Shown in pieces: positions 36,669 through 48,571 of a stretch of DNA of 64,000 bases (the first letter of the stretch is position 1; each line of letters starts with the position of its first letter). Under the pieces are notes generated by a model. That model saw only the letters and a list, made by a program, of their open reading frames with translations, was not told the origin of the DNA and did no database searches. Source of the stretch: an uncultured Pseudomonadota bacterium (GTDB taxonomy: Bacteria; Pseudomonadota; Alphaproteobacteria; RF32; CAG-239); NCBI GenBank assembly GCA_949286215.1, contig CASDYX010000005.1:1069-65068 (forward strand). The letters run 5' to 3'. A program made the position numbers and the translations under genes.

Positions 36669-37895
36669 TTAATAAAAGACATAAGACAAAGAAATTGCGG
36701 CAACAATTCCTGCCAAATCCGCCAAAAGCGCGCAAGGAAGTGCGGCTCCGACTTTGGTGATTTTAACCACTCCGAAATAAACCGCTAAGACATAAAACGT
36801 GGTTTCGGTGGAGCCTTGGATGACGCAAGATACAAATGCCGGAAAACTATCTGCGCCATAAGTTTGCATGGTTTCTATCATCATGGCTCTGGCACCGCTA
36901 CCTGATAATGGCTTCATCACGGCGGTTGGCAAGGCGGCAACAAAATCCGTATTAAGTCCAAGAGATGAAAACAGCCAAGCAAAGGCTTGAACAATATAAT
37001 CCAAACAGCCCGATGTGCGGAAGACAGCAATGGCTACCAACATTGCTACCAAGTAAGGAATAATGCGGATGGCAATATCAAAGCCTTCTTTAGCACCAAG
37101 AATGAATTCCTCATAAACATTTAATTTTTTGACCAAACCGGCTGCAATAAAAACAATTATGATCAAAAACAGAATAAAATTACCACCTTGGGCGGAGGCT
37201 GTCAGCCTATCTTCAGGAGAAAGCGACAAGAAATACCAGGCAAGGACACCTATGAGGGCTAAAAATCCCCCTAAATAGCTCAAGACGACACGATTGAAAA
37301 TCGGCAATTTTTGTACCCAAGCAACTGCTAAAAAGCCAACCAAGCTGGAGACCGATGTTGCCAAAAGAATAGGAACAAAAACCGCTGAGGGATTAAGAGA
37401 GCCTAACTCTGAGCGATACATCAAAATCGTTATCGGAATAAGGGTGACGGCGGAGGCATTAATCACCATAAACATGATTTGCGCCGAAGAGGCTTGGTCT
37501 TTATGAGGATTGAGCGTTTGTAATTGCTCCATGGCTTTTAGCCCCATTGGAGTAGCAGCATTATCCAACCCTAAAACATTGGCAGCAATATTCATAACGA
37601 TTGAGCCAAGAGCCGGATGGTTCGCGGGGACGTCTGGCATAATTTTTTGAAACAGAGGCTTGAGAAAAGCAGCTAAAAGGTTTGTTATTCCTGATTTTTC
37701 GGCAATTTTTAAGAAGCCTAACCACAAGCATAGCATGCCGGTTAAATTTAGGCAAATTTGAAAAGCCGTTTTGGCGGAAGAAAAGGTTGAACCAATCAAC
37801 TCGCTCCAAATTTCGCTATTACCCAAAAACAAACTTTGCGCAATAGCAGCTAAAAAGGCCGCAATGAAAAAGCCACACCATATCCAATTTAACAT
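36669..37895 (-). CDS. Fused SpmA/SpmB nucleoside-recognition (Gate) membrane protein
   Basis: ANVLGLDNAATPMGLKAM, KPLSGSGA, GSTETTFYVLAVYFG. Confidence 0.9.
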   Translation of the reverse strand: MLNWIWCGFFIAAFLAAIAQSLFLGNSEIWSELIGSTFSSAKTAFQICLNLTGMLCLWLGFLKIAEKSGITNLLAAFLKPLFQKIMPDVPANHPALGSIVMNIAANVLGLDNAATPMGLKAMEQLQTLNPHKDQASSAQIMFMVINASAVTLIPITILMYRSELGSLNPSAVFVPILLATSVSSLVGFLAVAWVQKLPIFNRVVLSYLGGFLALIGVLAWYFLSLSPEDRLTASAQGGNFILFLIIIVFIAAGLVKKLNVYEEFILGAKEGFDIAIRIIPYLVAMLVAIAVFRTSGCLDYIVQAFAWLFSSLGLNTDFVAALPTAVMKPLSGSGARAMMIETMQTYGADSFPAFVSCVIQGSTETTFYVLAVYFGVVKITKVGAALPCALLADLAGIVAAISLSYVFY

Positions 37896-38014
37896 TTTGT
37901 TCTCCTTAATACAAATTTAGCTAAAAAAAATGAAAATATTGCTAACTCTTTAATAAAATTTAATGTTTTTACGCCAACATAAGGTTATTCGTAAATTTCT
38001 ATAGGAGTAAAATT

Positions 38015-38581
38015 ATGTCTGTTTTCGGTTGGGTTGTGTTAGGCGTTGTAGCCTTGATTTTGTATGTCTTATACGCCGGCGTTATCTTGAAAAAAAATAA
38101 AGTGAACGAGGCGATGTCGGGCATTGATGTTCAGCTCAAAAAACGTTATGACCTTATTCCCAATATGATGAATATGGCAGCAAAATATATGGAACATGAA
38201 AAAAATCTTATGGCTGAAATCACAAAATTAAGAACAAATGCCATGAGTTCATCTTTTCGAGCTGACCCGAAAGCAAAAATTGAAAATGAGTCTTTATTAG
38301 AAGCAAAGCTCAAAGAATTTAACATCTCTTTGGAAAATTATCCCGACATGAAGTCTAACCAAGCCATGCTTGAGACGATGCAATCTTTGCAAAGCGTGGA
38401 AGAACACATTGCTGCCGCCAGACGTTTTTATAACTCGGCTGTTAATGATTTGGTAAATGCTACCGAAATTTTCCCCAGCAGTGTGATGGCTAAAATGCTC
38501 GGAATTAAAGCTGATATGCCCTATTTTGAAGCTTCTAAAAATGAGAAAAAGCCGATTAACAGCGCGGATTACTTTAAATAA
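38015..38581 (+). CDS. lemA: LemA family protein
   Basis: IDVQLKKRYDLIPN, ENYPD, ARRFYNSAV. Confidence 0.92.
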   Translation: MSVFGWVVLGVVALILYVLYAGVILKKNKVNEAMSGIDVQLKKRYDLIPNMMNMAAKYMEHEKNLMAEITKLRTNAMSSSFRADPKAKIENESLLEAKLKEFNISLENYPDMKSNQAMLETMQSLQSVEEHIAAARRFYNSAVNDLVNATEIFPSSVMAKMLGIKADMPYFEASKNEKKPINSADYFK

Positions 38582-39543
38582 TGCTCAAGACTAAAGCCGA
38601 ATTTGATGATTTTTATAACCGCAAGCTATTAGGCAAATTTGCGGAAATGGAAGTTGAACGCCAAAAACAACTCAATATTTTTATTAATCGTATGCTCTTG
38701 GCCGCGTTTTTTATTCCACTTTTGATGCTGGGATGCTGGATGGCTTTCTGGGGAGATATGGTGAAAGAGAGCGAAACTTGCCTAAAATTCACTACTTATG
38801 GCTTGTTTCTTTATGTTGCTTTTACTTATTTTTACTGCAGATCTCCGATTACCAATTTTATTGTTGATATTAAAAATGACGTAATGGAAGAATTTGCCGG
38901 ATTTTGGGGGGATTTTACTTATGCTAACTGTTTGGAAATTCCTTCCGATGTTTTGCTAAAATCTAAAGTTTTCCCTCTATTTGATTCATCAATGGGTGAT
39001 GATTTTTTCTGCGGCGTTTATAATCACACAAAGACCACAATTGCAGAAGAAACACTTTATAAAAAAGTTCGTACAAAAAACGGATCGACCAATGTTACCG
39101 TGTTTAAGGGCGTGGTGATTTTACTCGAACTGAATAAAAAATTTGAGGGACAAACCGTAGTGGTAAAAGACAGCGGGATCTTTAATATTTTCAAAAAAGT
39201 CGGACGCGGCGAACGTATTAAACTCGAAGATCCGGTGTTTGAAAAACAATTTGAGGTATTTGGCGACAATCAAGTGGAGGCCAGATATTTGCTAACCACC
39301 GCTTTCATGGAAAGAATTTTACAAGCTCAAAAGGCATTTCTGGGAAAAACTATTCAATTTGGCTTTTTTGATAACAAATTGCTCATAAGCATTGAAACCA
39401 AGCAAAATATGTTTGAGATTTCATCAATCTTTCAAAGGACTACCAATCGCCAAATGATTGACCGCTCTTTTGAACAATTTGCTGCCGTAATGGAAATTAT
39501 TGATACCTTACAGCTCAACAAATATATTCAATTTAAGCGTTAG
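38581..39543 (+). CDS. DUF3137 family membrane protein
   Basis: VFKG, KLEDPVFEKQFEVF...QVEARYLLT; usual LemA partner. Confidence 0.85.
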   Translation: MLKTKAEFDDFYNRKLLGKFAEMEVERQKQLNIFINRMLLAAFFIPLLMLGCWMAFWGDMVKESETCLKFTTYGLFLYVAFTYFYCRSPITNFIVDIKNDVMEEFAGFWGDFTYANCLEIPSDVLLKSKVFPLFDSSMGDDFFCGVYNHTKTTIAEETLYKKVRTKNGSTNVTVFKGVVILLELNKKFEGQTVVVKDSGIFNIFKKVGRGERIKLEDPVFEKQFEVFGDNQVEARYLLTTAFMERILQAQKAFLGKTIQFGFFDNKLLISIETKQNMFEISSIFQRTTNRQMIDRSFEQFAAVMEIIDTLQLNKYIQFKR

Positions 39544-41305
39544 TCTCATCTTCTTCGATTTGCAAAAAGCCGGAAGACTGCATTTGATAAAATTGGTAAT
39601 AGGCACCTTTTTTACGCATTAGGGCTGCATGAGTGCCGATTTCTTTGATTGCGCCTTTTTCCATCACAACTAATTTGTTCATCTCTTTGAGCGTGGATAG
39701 ACGGTGGGCAATAGCGATTACCGTTTTGTCCTTCATGAGCTCTTTGAGGGCGGTTTGGATATAGTTTTCGCTCTCACTGTCTAAGGCCGATGTGGCTTCA
39801 TCTAAAATGAGAATCGGCGCATTTTTAAGTATGGCTCTTGCAATGGCAATGCGTTGGCGCTCACCACCTGAGAGCATAACACCTCTTTCACCGACTTTGC
39901 TGTTATAGCCATCAGGCAAGGTCATGATATAGTCATGAATATAGGCTTTTTTGGCGGCTTCTATCACTTCTTCATCTGAGGCATGAATATTGCCATAGCG
40001 AATATTTTCCATAATCGTGCGGTTAAACAAGCTCGGGTCTTGCGGTATGAGAGCAATGTTTTGCCGTAGAGAGTTTTGTGTTACAGTTCTGATATCTTGA
40101 GAATCAATCGCGATTGAGCCTCCTTGGACATCATAATAACGCGAAATTAATTTTATCAATGTGGATTTACCTGAACCCGAACGCCCAACAAGGCCTATTT
40201 TTTCTTTTGGTTCGATGGTCAAGTTAAAGTCGTTAAACAAGGCTGAGGCATTTTTATAGTGGTAGTCAACTTTATCAAAAGTAATTTTTCCCTCGGTAAC
40301 AGTCAAAGGCGCGGCATTTTTGGCATCTTCAATATCACAAGGTTTATTGAGCAAATCAAGCCCGTCTTGAATACCGCCCGTAAACATTACATAATTCGTA
40401 CAGAAAAAGCCCATGTGCATCATGGATTGTGTCATAGAAGAAATAAGCGACAAGATTAAAACAACATCTCCGACGCTCAAGTTCTGATAATACCAATAAT
40501 AAAACGTCAGGAGATAAAAGCTGATGGTCATGGTATCATTAATCATTCGGGAGAAAGTATCAACCCAAGCACTGCGTTTGACCTCTTTGCGGACGGCTTT
40601 GAGGGCTTTTCTTACCGAATCATAATAGGTGCGACGTTCATAATTAAAATTGGCACAGTTTTTGACCAAATCCGAATTGGTAATACTATCAACCAAAATA
40701 CCATTCGATTCAGACATGAGTTTTGCTTTGCGGGATGAAAGAGAACCGATGCCTTTGCGAATTCTGATTTGTACAAAAGCTAAAATAACACACAACAGGC
40801 TAAACCACAGGGCTAAAGACAATCTGATTTGTCCGATAAAGAAAAAAGCTGTCAGAAAACTGCCTACCGGAAACAAAAAGCCTTGCATAATATGGTAGTA
40901 GAGCGTTTCGCTGTTATTGAGGATGGTTTTGATTTTGCCGGAGACATTGCCAGCCATTTCTTCGGCAAAAAAGGCGGTTGAGTGCTTGTGCGCCCAAGTA
41001 AATAAATCTTTGGACATTTTACCTATGTAATAAGGCAGAAATTTCATATCCAGCATGCGGGTGGATATAATCAGCAAACTTTGCATTAGCAAACACAGCA
41101 AAATCAAGACCAGATAGTGAATAATTTTTTGCAAAGTCTCATTATCGGCTGAACCTTGAGAGATAAGCTCTATCATTTGCGCACTGGCCCAGTTGGTGCT
41201 GCGACTGAAAAACTGTGCTCCAAACATCACTAAAACCATTAAGATACATAGGCCTTTAAGGCGGCGTGCATAGTGCCAAAGAAAACGAGCTACTGAGGTT
41301 TGCAT
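39533..41305 (-). CDS. ABC exporter, permease + ATPase
   Basis: GRSGSGKST, IPQDPSLFNR, LSGGERQR, LDEATSALD. Confidence 0.9.
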   Translation of the reverse strand: MQTSVARFLWHYARRLKGLCILMVLVMFGAQFFSRSTNWASAQMIELISQGSADNETLQKIIHYLVLILLCLLMQSLLIISTRMLDMKFLPYYIGKMSKDLFTWAHKHSTAFFAEEMAGNVSGKIKTILNNSETLYYHIMQGFLFPVGSFLTAFFFIGQIRLSLALWFSLLCVILAFVQIRIRKGIGSLSSRKAKLMSESNGILVDSITNSDLVKNCANFNYERRTYYDSVRKALKAVRKEVKRSAWVDTFSRMINDTMTISFYLLTFYYWYYQNLSVGDVVLILSLISSMTQSMMHMGFFCTNYVMFTGGIQDGLDLLNKPCDIEDAKNAAPLTVTEGKITFDKVDYHYKNASALFNDFNLTIEPKEKIGLVGRSGSGKSTLIKLISRYYDVQGGSIAIDSQDIRTVTQNSLRQNIALIPQDPSLFNRTIMENIRYGNIHASDEEVIEAAKKAYIHDYIMTLPDGYNSKVGERGVMLSGGERQRIAIARAILKNAPILILDEATSALDSESENYIQTALKELMKDKTVIAIAHRLSTLKEMNKLVVMEKGAIKEIGTHAALMRKKGAYYQFYQMQSSGFLQIEEDETNA

Positions 41306-41377
41306 AAAAAATTTTCCTACCGAGGTTATCAAAAACTCTCAGAGTATAACACAAATAAAAAATTTATTTAAGCGAAA

Positions 41378-42556
41378 TTATTCTTCCTTGAGGCTTTCTT
41401 GGTATAACCAATTTGACAACAAGCACAAAACATAGGCACTCAGCAATGCCCAATAAGGATTGCTTAAATCTGCTACGACACCGATAAAGAGAGCGCATAG
41501 GGCATAAATTAAGCTTTTACCCAATGACATTAATGAAATGATAATCTCATGGGTTCTGTCCGGGCTTTCTTCTTTGATGAGTGCATTTTGCAAAGGTTCT
41601 CGCACTCCACTGCAAAATGGGGCGCCTAAACGCACGAATAAGCTCCAGAAACTAGACATCAAAACCGCAACGATATTAATAATACTATCGGCAAAGGCTC
41701 CTCGTATCGTGGTTTTGGAAATTCCCCATTGTGCAGAAAACATAGAAGACAATCTGCTCCCGATATGTTCAAGAACCAAGCCTAAAGCTCTGAAGATACC
41801 CAAGCTCCAAACCGGAACAAATTGTTTGAAAAAGGCTGCATTAAAGTCAAAAGCTGCTTCATTTAGCCCATAGCGCAAAGATTCCCCTAAGGCCAAGCCG
41901 CTTAAGCGACGATTACCTTGTATGTATTTGAGCACCATTTTGAGGTGAATGAAGAAATTATCGTTCCGCGGCTGAGGAAACGGGGCTTCGATTAAAAACA
42001 GTGATAAAACAAAAGATAAAGCTAAAGGAATAAGCGTAATTTGTACTGCCAACCGCAAAGAATACATAACCGCACAAATGCTTACAAGCGCGGCTATTCC
42101 CAACCCTATTTGCATAATCTTTTGGCATTTGGCTCGGATATATTCATATTCTTGCAGGCGGTTCATATATTGCAAGCTACTATGAATAAGTGCGTCAGTA
42201 TTAACATGGAGAGAGCGGCTTATCCCACAAAAAATTGCCCCCAAAAACAACAGAAAATATCCACCTGCAAAGCTATAACACAAATACCCCAAAAAAAGCG
42301 ACAAGGCCCCTAAGATGCAGAGATTTTTGCGTCCGTATTTATCGGCCAACCAATTCAGCGGCAACTCAAAAAAGACCAAGCATAAATTTTGCAGAGCAAA
42401 CAAGCTCATTGCTAAAGTATAGCTTTCTAAGATTTGCGCAAAATAGAGTATCTCTATCGGCCAAGAGATAATAAACCAACTCAAAAAACCCTGTGATAAA
42501 TACAAATTAAGGTTTCGGTTTAGCTGACGATGCAATGTGTTTTGCGGCATTTTCAT
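41378..42556 (-). CDS. MFS transporter
   Basis: ELPxxxLADKYGRK motif A, about 12 hydrophobic segments. Confidence 0.85.
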   Translation of the reverse strand: MKMPQNTLHRQLNRNLNLYLSQGFLSWFIISWPIEILYFAQILESYTLAMSLFALQNLCLVFFELPLNWLADKYGRKNLCILGALSLFLGYLCYSFAGGYFLLFLGAIFCGISRSLHVNTDALIHSSLQYMNRLQEYEYIRAKCQKIMQIGLGIAALVSICAVMYSLRLAVQITLIPLALSFVLSLFLIEAPFPQPRNDNFFIHLKMVLKYIQGNRRLSGLALGESLRYGLNEAAFDFNAAFFKQFVPVWSLGIFRALGLVLEHIGSRLSSMFSAQWGISKTTIRGAFADSIINIVAVLMSSFWSLFVRLGAPFCSGVREPLQNALIKEESPDRTHEIIISLMSLGKSLIYALCALFIGVVADLSNPYWALLSAYVLCLLSNWLYQESLKEE

Positions 42557-42679
42557 CTCGGTGTGTGATTCTAAATTGCAGATAGTTTGCGCCTAAAAAA
42601 TTAAAATATGATAAAAAATTGCAAATTTTATAAAAATAGTATTAAATAATGGCATCTTTAACGATTGAGGAGATGGTCT

Positions 42680-43627
42680 ATGAAAGTCGGAATTATCGGC
42701 GCCGGATTTGTCGGCAGCACTACCGCCTATACTTTGGCAATTAAAGGTTTGGCAAGAGAAATCGTGTTGGTAGATATTAATACCGACAAAGCTAATGCCG
42801 AAGCCTTAGACGTGATTCATGCCGCGGCAATGACCTCGGATAGCAATGTTTATTGCGGCGATTATGAAGATTTGGATGGCGCAAATATTGTGATTATTAC
42901 GGTTGATTGCCAGAAAGCTCTCTCGGACAATCGTTTGGAGTTGTTGGAAAGCAACACTAAAATTATGTGCGATATTGTCCCGAAAATTATTCGTAACACA
43001 CCTAATTGCATAATTGTTATTGCAACCAATCCGGTTGATGTGATTACCAAAGTGGTTTTGGATATTTCTAAATTCCCATCAACGCGCGTTATCGGCTCCG
43101 GTACCGTATTGGATACCGCTCGGTTCAGAGCCATGTTGAGTGATTATTTCAATATTTCTCCGCACTCTATTCATGCTTATGTTATGGGGGAACATGGAAG
43201 CTCGTCTTTGGTTTCTTGGTCAACAGCGACTATCGGAGGTTCCAGCATTGACAATTATGCTAAAGAAACCGGAATAAAGTTAACTGATGAGCTTAAACAA
43301 AAAATGTCTCAAGACGTGATTGAGGCCGGTTTCAAAATTTATCACGGGAAACGTGCCACATATTATGGTATTGCCAGCTCTTTGGTAAAAATTTGCGAGG
43401 CTATTATTAAAGATGAAAAACGAACTCTAACCGTCTCTTCTTTACACAAAAATGTTGAAGGCGTGAAAGATGTTTGCTTGTCTTTGCCAAGTGTTGTCAG
43501 CCGCAGAGGTGTATATGGTGCCGTTGTTCCGAATTTAAGCGATAAAGAGCGAGAAAAACTCCGCCTTTCGGCTGAAATTATGGATAAGGCTAATCAAGAA
43601 GCTAAACAAATTTTGAAAAATAAATAA
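42680..43627 (+). CDS. ldh: L-lactate dehydrogenase family (LDH/MDH)
   Basis: IGAGFVGST, TNPVD, GSGTVLDTARFR, GEHG, KRATYYGIA; GAGGAG SD. Confidence 0.85.
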   Translation: MKVGIIGAGFVGSTTAYTLAIKGLAREIVLVDINTDKANAEALDVIHAAAMTSDSNVYCGDYEDLDGANIVIITVDCQKALSDNRLELLESNTKIMCDIVPKIIRNTPNCIIVIATNPVDVITKVVLDISKFPSTRVIGSGTVLDTARFRAMLSDYFNISPHSIHAYVMGEHGSSSLVSWSTATIGGSSIDNYAKETGIKLTDELKQKMSQDVIEAGFKIYHGKRATYYGIASSLVKICEAIIKDEKRTLTVSSLHKNVEGVKDVCLSLPSVVSRRGVYGAVVPNLSDKEREKLRLSAEIMDKANQEAKQILKNK

Positions 43628-43658
43628 CACAAAAGAAAACCCCGATTGGGGCTTTCTT

Positions 43659-44618
43659 TTATTTGGATTGTTTGTTGGCTTTTTTGCGCTTTTTCAAATT
43701 GGTCAGCTTATCACTAACAATGGAGGTATCACGACCGGTTTTGGCTAAGCGGTCATACATACGCTCAATTTCTTTTTCCAGATAAGCGGTTTCTATCTCA
43801 TTGGCAAGCTCTTGTCTTTCATCATTGGTGCCGTGATGAATTATTTGATTCATATTGGCAATGATATCTTCAACGTGAACTGAGCTATCGGTTTTCTTTT
43901 TTAAGAAATAAGGCAATTCATAAATCAACTGACGGGTTGAAGAATATACCTCTGCCGTGGTTTTGCCTTTTTGATAACGCAACTTCAAAAGACGGAAGAC
44001 AACACTCAGTTCTTCACTATTATCAACAATAATGAACGGCATCGGATCGGCAAAGCCTTTCAGAGAGATGGACTTAAGGTATTCTACCAAATGGTGGAAA
44101 TAGCCATCAATATTAAACAAAATAAAGGGTTTTACCGGTAAAAATCCATCTTGCATGGCAACACAGTCATAAGCTAATTCATCCAACGTACCCACACCGC
44201 CGGGAGCAAAGACGACAAAGTCAGCATTGAGGAGTTTTTGTTTGCGCTCTTCTAGTGTCTTGGCTAAAATGACATCTTCAATTTGACCGATAATGGCGTC
44301 ATCATGCGGATAAAGAGCATAATATTCTTGTGTGGTAATGCCTTGGATTGGGCTGGCTTTGCTCTTCTTTTTGTTCCATCCATCCAAAACACCTCTGGCA
44401 ACTGCTCCCATAATACCAGAATTAGACAAGCCAAAGTCTAATTTGAAATCCAGCTTTATGATTTGGCGTCCCAAATTATAGGCTTCTTCTACATATATAG
44501 GGTCATTTCCGGGGCGATTTCCTCCGGCAACAAATACTCTTAAGCCTTCTTGCCGGTTTTCTTCGGCAAAGGAGCTGACAACTTCATCTATTTTTCCATT
44601 TTCGGTCATCGTCTTCAT
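43659..44618 (-). CDS. LOG family nucleotide phosphoribohydrolase with C-terminal extension
   Basis: GIMGAVA, ERK, PGGVGTLDE signature. Confidence 0.8.
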   Translation of the reverse strand: MKTMTENGKIDEVVSSFAEENRQEGLRVFVAGGNRPGNDPIYVEEAYNLGRQIIKLDFKLDFGLSNSGIMGAVARGVLDGWNKKKSKASPIQGITTQEYYALYPHDDAIIGQIEDVILAKTLEERKQKLLNADFVVFAPGGVGTLDELAYDCVAMQDGFLPVKPFILFNIDGYFHHLVEYLKSISLKGFADPMPFIIVDNSEELSVVFRLLKLRYQKGKTTAEVYSSTRQLIYELPYFLKKKTDSSVHVEDIIANMNQIIHHGTNDERQELANEIETAYLEKEIERMYDRLAKTGRDTSIVSDKLTNLKKRKKANKQSK

Positions 44619-44630
44619 CTTTCATTAGGG

Positions 44631-45842
<1,212 letters not shown>

Positions 45843-45923
45843 TTATTCTATATAAAAATTTATTGACTCTTATACATTTTTTTACAAAACTAGACAAAAC
45901 AACTAATCTTATGAGAGAGTCCT

Positions 45924-47321
45924 ATGAAATTTTTTTCAAACAATACATTAGGTGATGAGACTATTTCTTTTGCCTCAAATCCTGCAGAAAATCAGCAACC
46001 GAAAACCATTATTCTTTATCCGCCCGAGGCTTTTACCGATGAACGCTTCGAAGAAGTTATTGCCAAAAAAACTTTAGAAAATATGACTGATGAACAATTT
46101 CTAAAAATCTTTAACCAACAGAAAGATGGGGTTGATTTAGAAAAAATCGTTCCTGATGCCGTTAATAATGATGTATTTGTAAAATTTGCCAATAAATCTT
46201 TAGATAATACAATGCAAGAAGTCATTAACTATGCATTGGATGGCAAAAAAGATATCAGTTACAGCCTGTTATTTCAAATCTGCGATTTTACGGCTGAAGA
46301 ACAACAATATATTGCTTTGAACAAAACGGCTGAGCAAATTAAGGAAGCCTTACCTGAATTTATGGAATTGCGTTTTACTAACCTGCCTTATTTGACTCAT
46401 TTAGTAAGCTTTATTGAACATGCTGACAAAATTCATCAAGGGAGAGAAAGAGGAACTATCGGCTTGCCAATGATGGAAGCGCAACAACTCTATCAGGAAT
46501 CTCAAGCTTATGAGAGCATCTTAAAACCCGCTCAGAAAGCCAAAATGTATTATTTGCAATCCGAAGTTTTTCGCAAATCTAATGTTATGCCTAACTCTTA
46601 CGGAGAAGGTCCGGCTTGTGAAAGCGAATTGCAATGCTTGCTCAAAGCTTTGGTCAATAGTGATGACTTGAAAATTGTAACTTGTTGTCATGACCGCTTA
46701 AAAAGCCAAGCTAAAAATGTAAATAGCCAAATCTTTAGAGAGAATACAAATAATATTATTGCGGCATATAAACGTGTTTTAACAAAAACAAAAGCACCTG
46801 ATGAGAAATACAGAGCAAATAAAAAATTGGCTTCTCTTTATTGGGATAAGACCGAGACTAAACAACTCTCTAAAAATTTAGACCCTAAAGACAAAGCTAA
46901 TTTGAGATGGAGTGCTTATTATTTGAAACAAGCTTATGAAAATGCACCTAAAAATAACTGCATCTCTACCTTAAACGATATGCTCAAAATTTATCGCTTA
47001 TTGAATAATCCGCAAATGATTTTCAACATCAAAAAAGAAAGATTGAATTATTTGCCGGTACAAGACAAAATTAATGCATCAATTGATTTGGCTGCAGAAA
47101 TGCCTGAGAAGTTCGCCCCCAAAGACCTTGAAGACATTTGGACTTCTTTGAAAAAAGCAAAAATTACTGATGAGAGTAAATATATTCTGGGGCAAAAATA
47201 TATTGAGTTTTTGCCGAAAATCACAAAAGACAAAGAATATATTAATCGTATCGAACAAGATTTTCACCAAACAAGCACTAACACTCTTTTGGTGTTGAAC
47301 AGAAAGAAAAAGAGTCGGTAG
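45924..47321 (+). CDS. Orphan helical (TPR-like) protein
   Basis: 465 aa, own TTGACT promoter candidate and terminator, basic C-terminus NRKKKSR. Confidence 0.75.
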   Translation: MKFFSNNTLGDETISFASNPAENQQPKTIILYPPEAFTDERFEEVIAKKTLENMTDEQFLKIFNQQKDGVDLEKIVPDAVNNDVFVKFANKSLDNTMQEVINYALDGKKDISYSLLFQICDFTAEEQQYIALNKTAEQIKEALPEFMELRFTNLPYLTHLVSFIEHADKIHQGRERGTIGLPMMEAQQLYQESQAYESILKPAQKAKMYYLQSEVFRKSNVMPNSYGEGPACESELQCLLKALVNSDDLKIVTCCHDRLKSQAKNVNSQIFRENTNNIIAAYKRVLTKTKAPDEKYRANKKLASLYWDKTETKQLSKNLDPKDKANLRWSAYYLKQAYENAPKNNCISTLNDMLKIYRLLNNPQMIFNIKKERLNYLPVQDKINASIDLAAEMPEKFAPKDLEDIWTSLKKAKITDESKYILGQKYIEFLPKITKDKEYINRIEQDFHQTSTNTLLVLNRKKKSR

Positions 47322-47326
47322 TTATC

Positions 47327-47361
47327 AAAAAAAATGGTCTGAAATTCAGACCATTTTTTTT
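47327..47361. terminator. Bidirectional terminator
   Basis: A-run TGGTCTGAAATTCAGACCA T-run. Confidence 0.8.
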
Positions 47362-47379
47362 GACTTTATCCTTGCTGGA

Positions 47380-48429
47380 TTAAATTTCTCCGTCAGCGTA
47401 ACGTTTTGCCATTACAGACATCGGAATAGCTTTAATCTTATCAGCATGACCGGCAGCACCAAATGCAATATAGCGAGCTTCACATACTTTTTGCATTTCT
47501 TCAATAGCCGGTTTGAGGTATTTACGAGGATCAAACTCTTTCGGATTTTCGGCAAAGAGTTTACGAATCGCACCGGTGATAGCCATACGGCAGTCAGTAT
47601 CAACGTTTACTTTGCGAACACCGGATTTAATACCACGAACAATTTCTTCTACCGGAACGCCATAAGTTTGAGGAATTGCACCGCCATAAGCATTGATTAA
47701 ATCTTGCAACTCTTGCGGAACGGAAGAAGAACCATGCATAACCATGTGGGTGTTCGGCAATTTCTTGTGAATTTTTTCAATAACGTCGATTGCCAAAATT
47801 TCACCATCCGGTTTACGAGTAAATTTATAAGCACCGTGAGATGTACCAACGGCAACAGCTAAAGCATCCAACTTGGTTTCTTCAACAAAGCGAGCGGCTT
47901 CATCCGGGTCGGTAACAAGGCGTTTTTTATCAATAACACCTTCAGCGCCGTGACCATCTTCTTTATCGCCTTTACCGGTTTCCAATGAGCCGATAACGCC
48001 TAATTCACCTTCAACAGAAGCGCCGACAGCATGTGCTCTGGCAACAACTTCTTTAGTAACATTAACGTTATATTCAAAAGAAGAAGGGGTTTTACCGTCA
48101 GCTTCAAGAGAACCATCCATCATAACTGAAGAATAGCCGTTAACAATGGCTGATTGGCAAATGTTTACAGATGAACCATGGTCTTGGTGCAAACAAATCG
48201 GAAGTTCAGGGAACATTTCGATTCCGGCAGCAACCATGTGACGAATCATCGGATCGCCGGCAAATTTACGAGCACCGGTTGAAGTTTGCAAAATAACCGG
48301 AGCGTTTACTTTTTTTGCAGCTTGCAAAACAGCGATAATTTGCTCCATATCATTAATGTTAAAAGCCGGAACACCGTAGTTGTTTTCGGCAGCATGGTCA
48401 AGAATTTGACGCATAGTAACTAAAGGCAT
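47380..48429 (-). CDS. fba: Fructose-bisphosphate aldolase class II
   Basis: HQDHG, SVMMDGS, VEGELG, GTSHGAYK, MHGSSSVP; AAGGAG SD before MPLV. Confidence 0.96.
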   Translation of the reverse strand: MPLVTMRQILDHAAENNYGVPAFNINDMEQIIAVLQAAKKVNAPVILQTSTGARKFAGDPMIRHMVAAGIEMFPELPICLHQDHGSSVNICQSAIVNGYSSVMMDGSLEADGKTPSSFEYNVNVTKEVVARAHAVGASVEGELGVIGSLETGKGDKEDGHGAEGVIDKKRLVTDPDEAARFVEETKLDALAVAVGTSHGAYKFTRKPDGEILAIDVIEKIHKKLPNTHMVMHGSSSVPQELQDLINAYGGAIPQTYGVPVEEIVRGIKSGVRKVNVDTDCRMAITGAIRKLFAENPKEFDPRKYLKPAIEEMQKVCEARYIAFGAAGHADKIKAIPMSVMAKRYADGEI

Positions 48430-48571
48430 TAGTTTCTCCTTATTTGTAGTTATATCTGGAGGTGAATATATACTTTTAACCAAGTTTTGCAAGTTTTTTT
48501 AGCATTTTTGCAATATCTTGCATAAAAAAAGCCTCCGAAACGGAGGCTTTAGTTCATTGGACTTATTTCAG

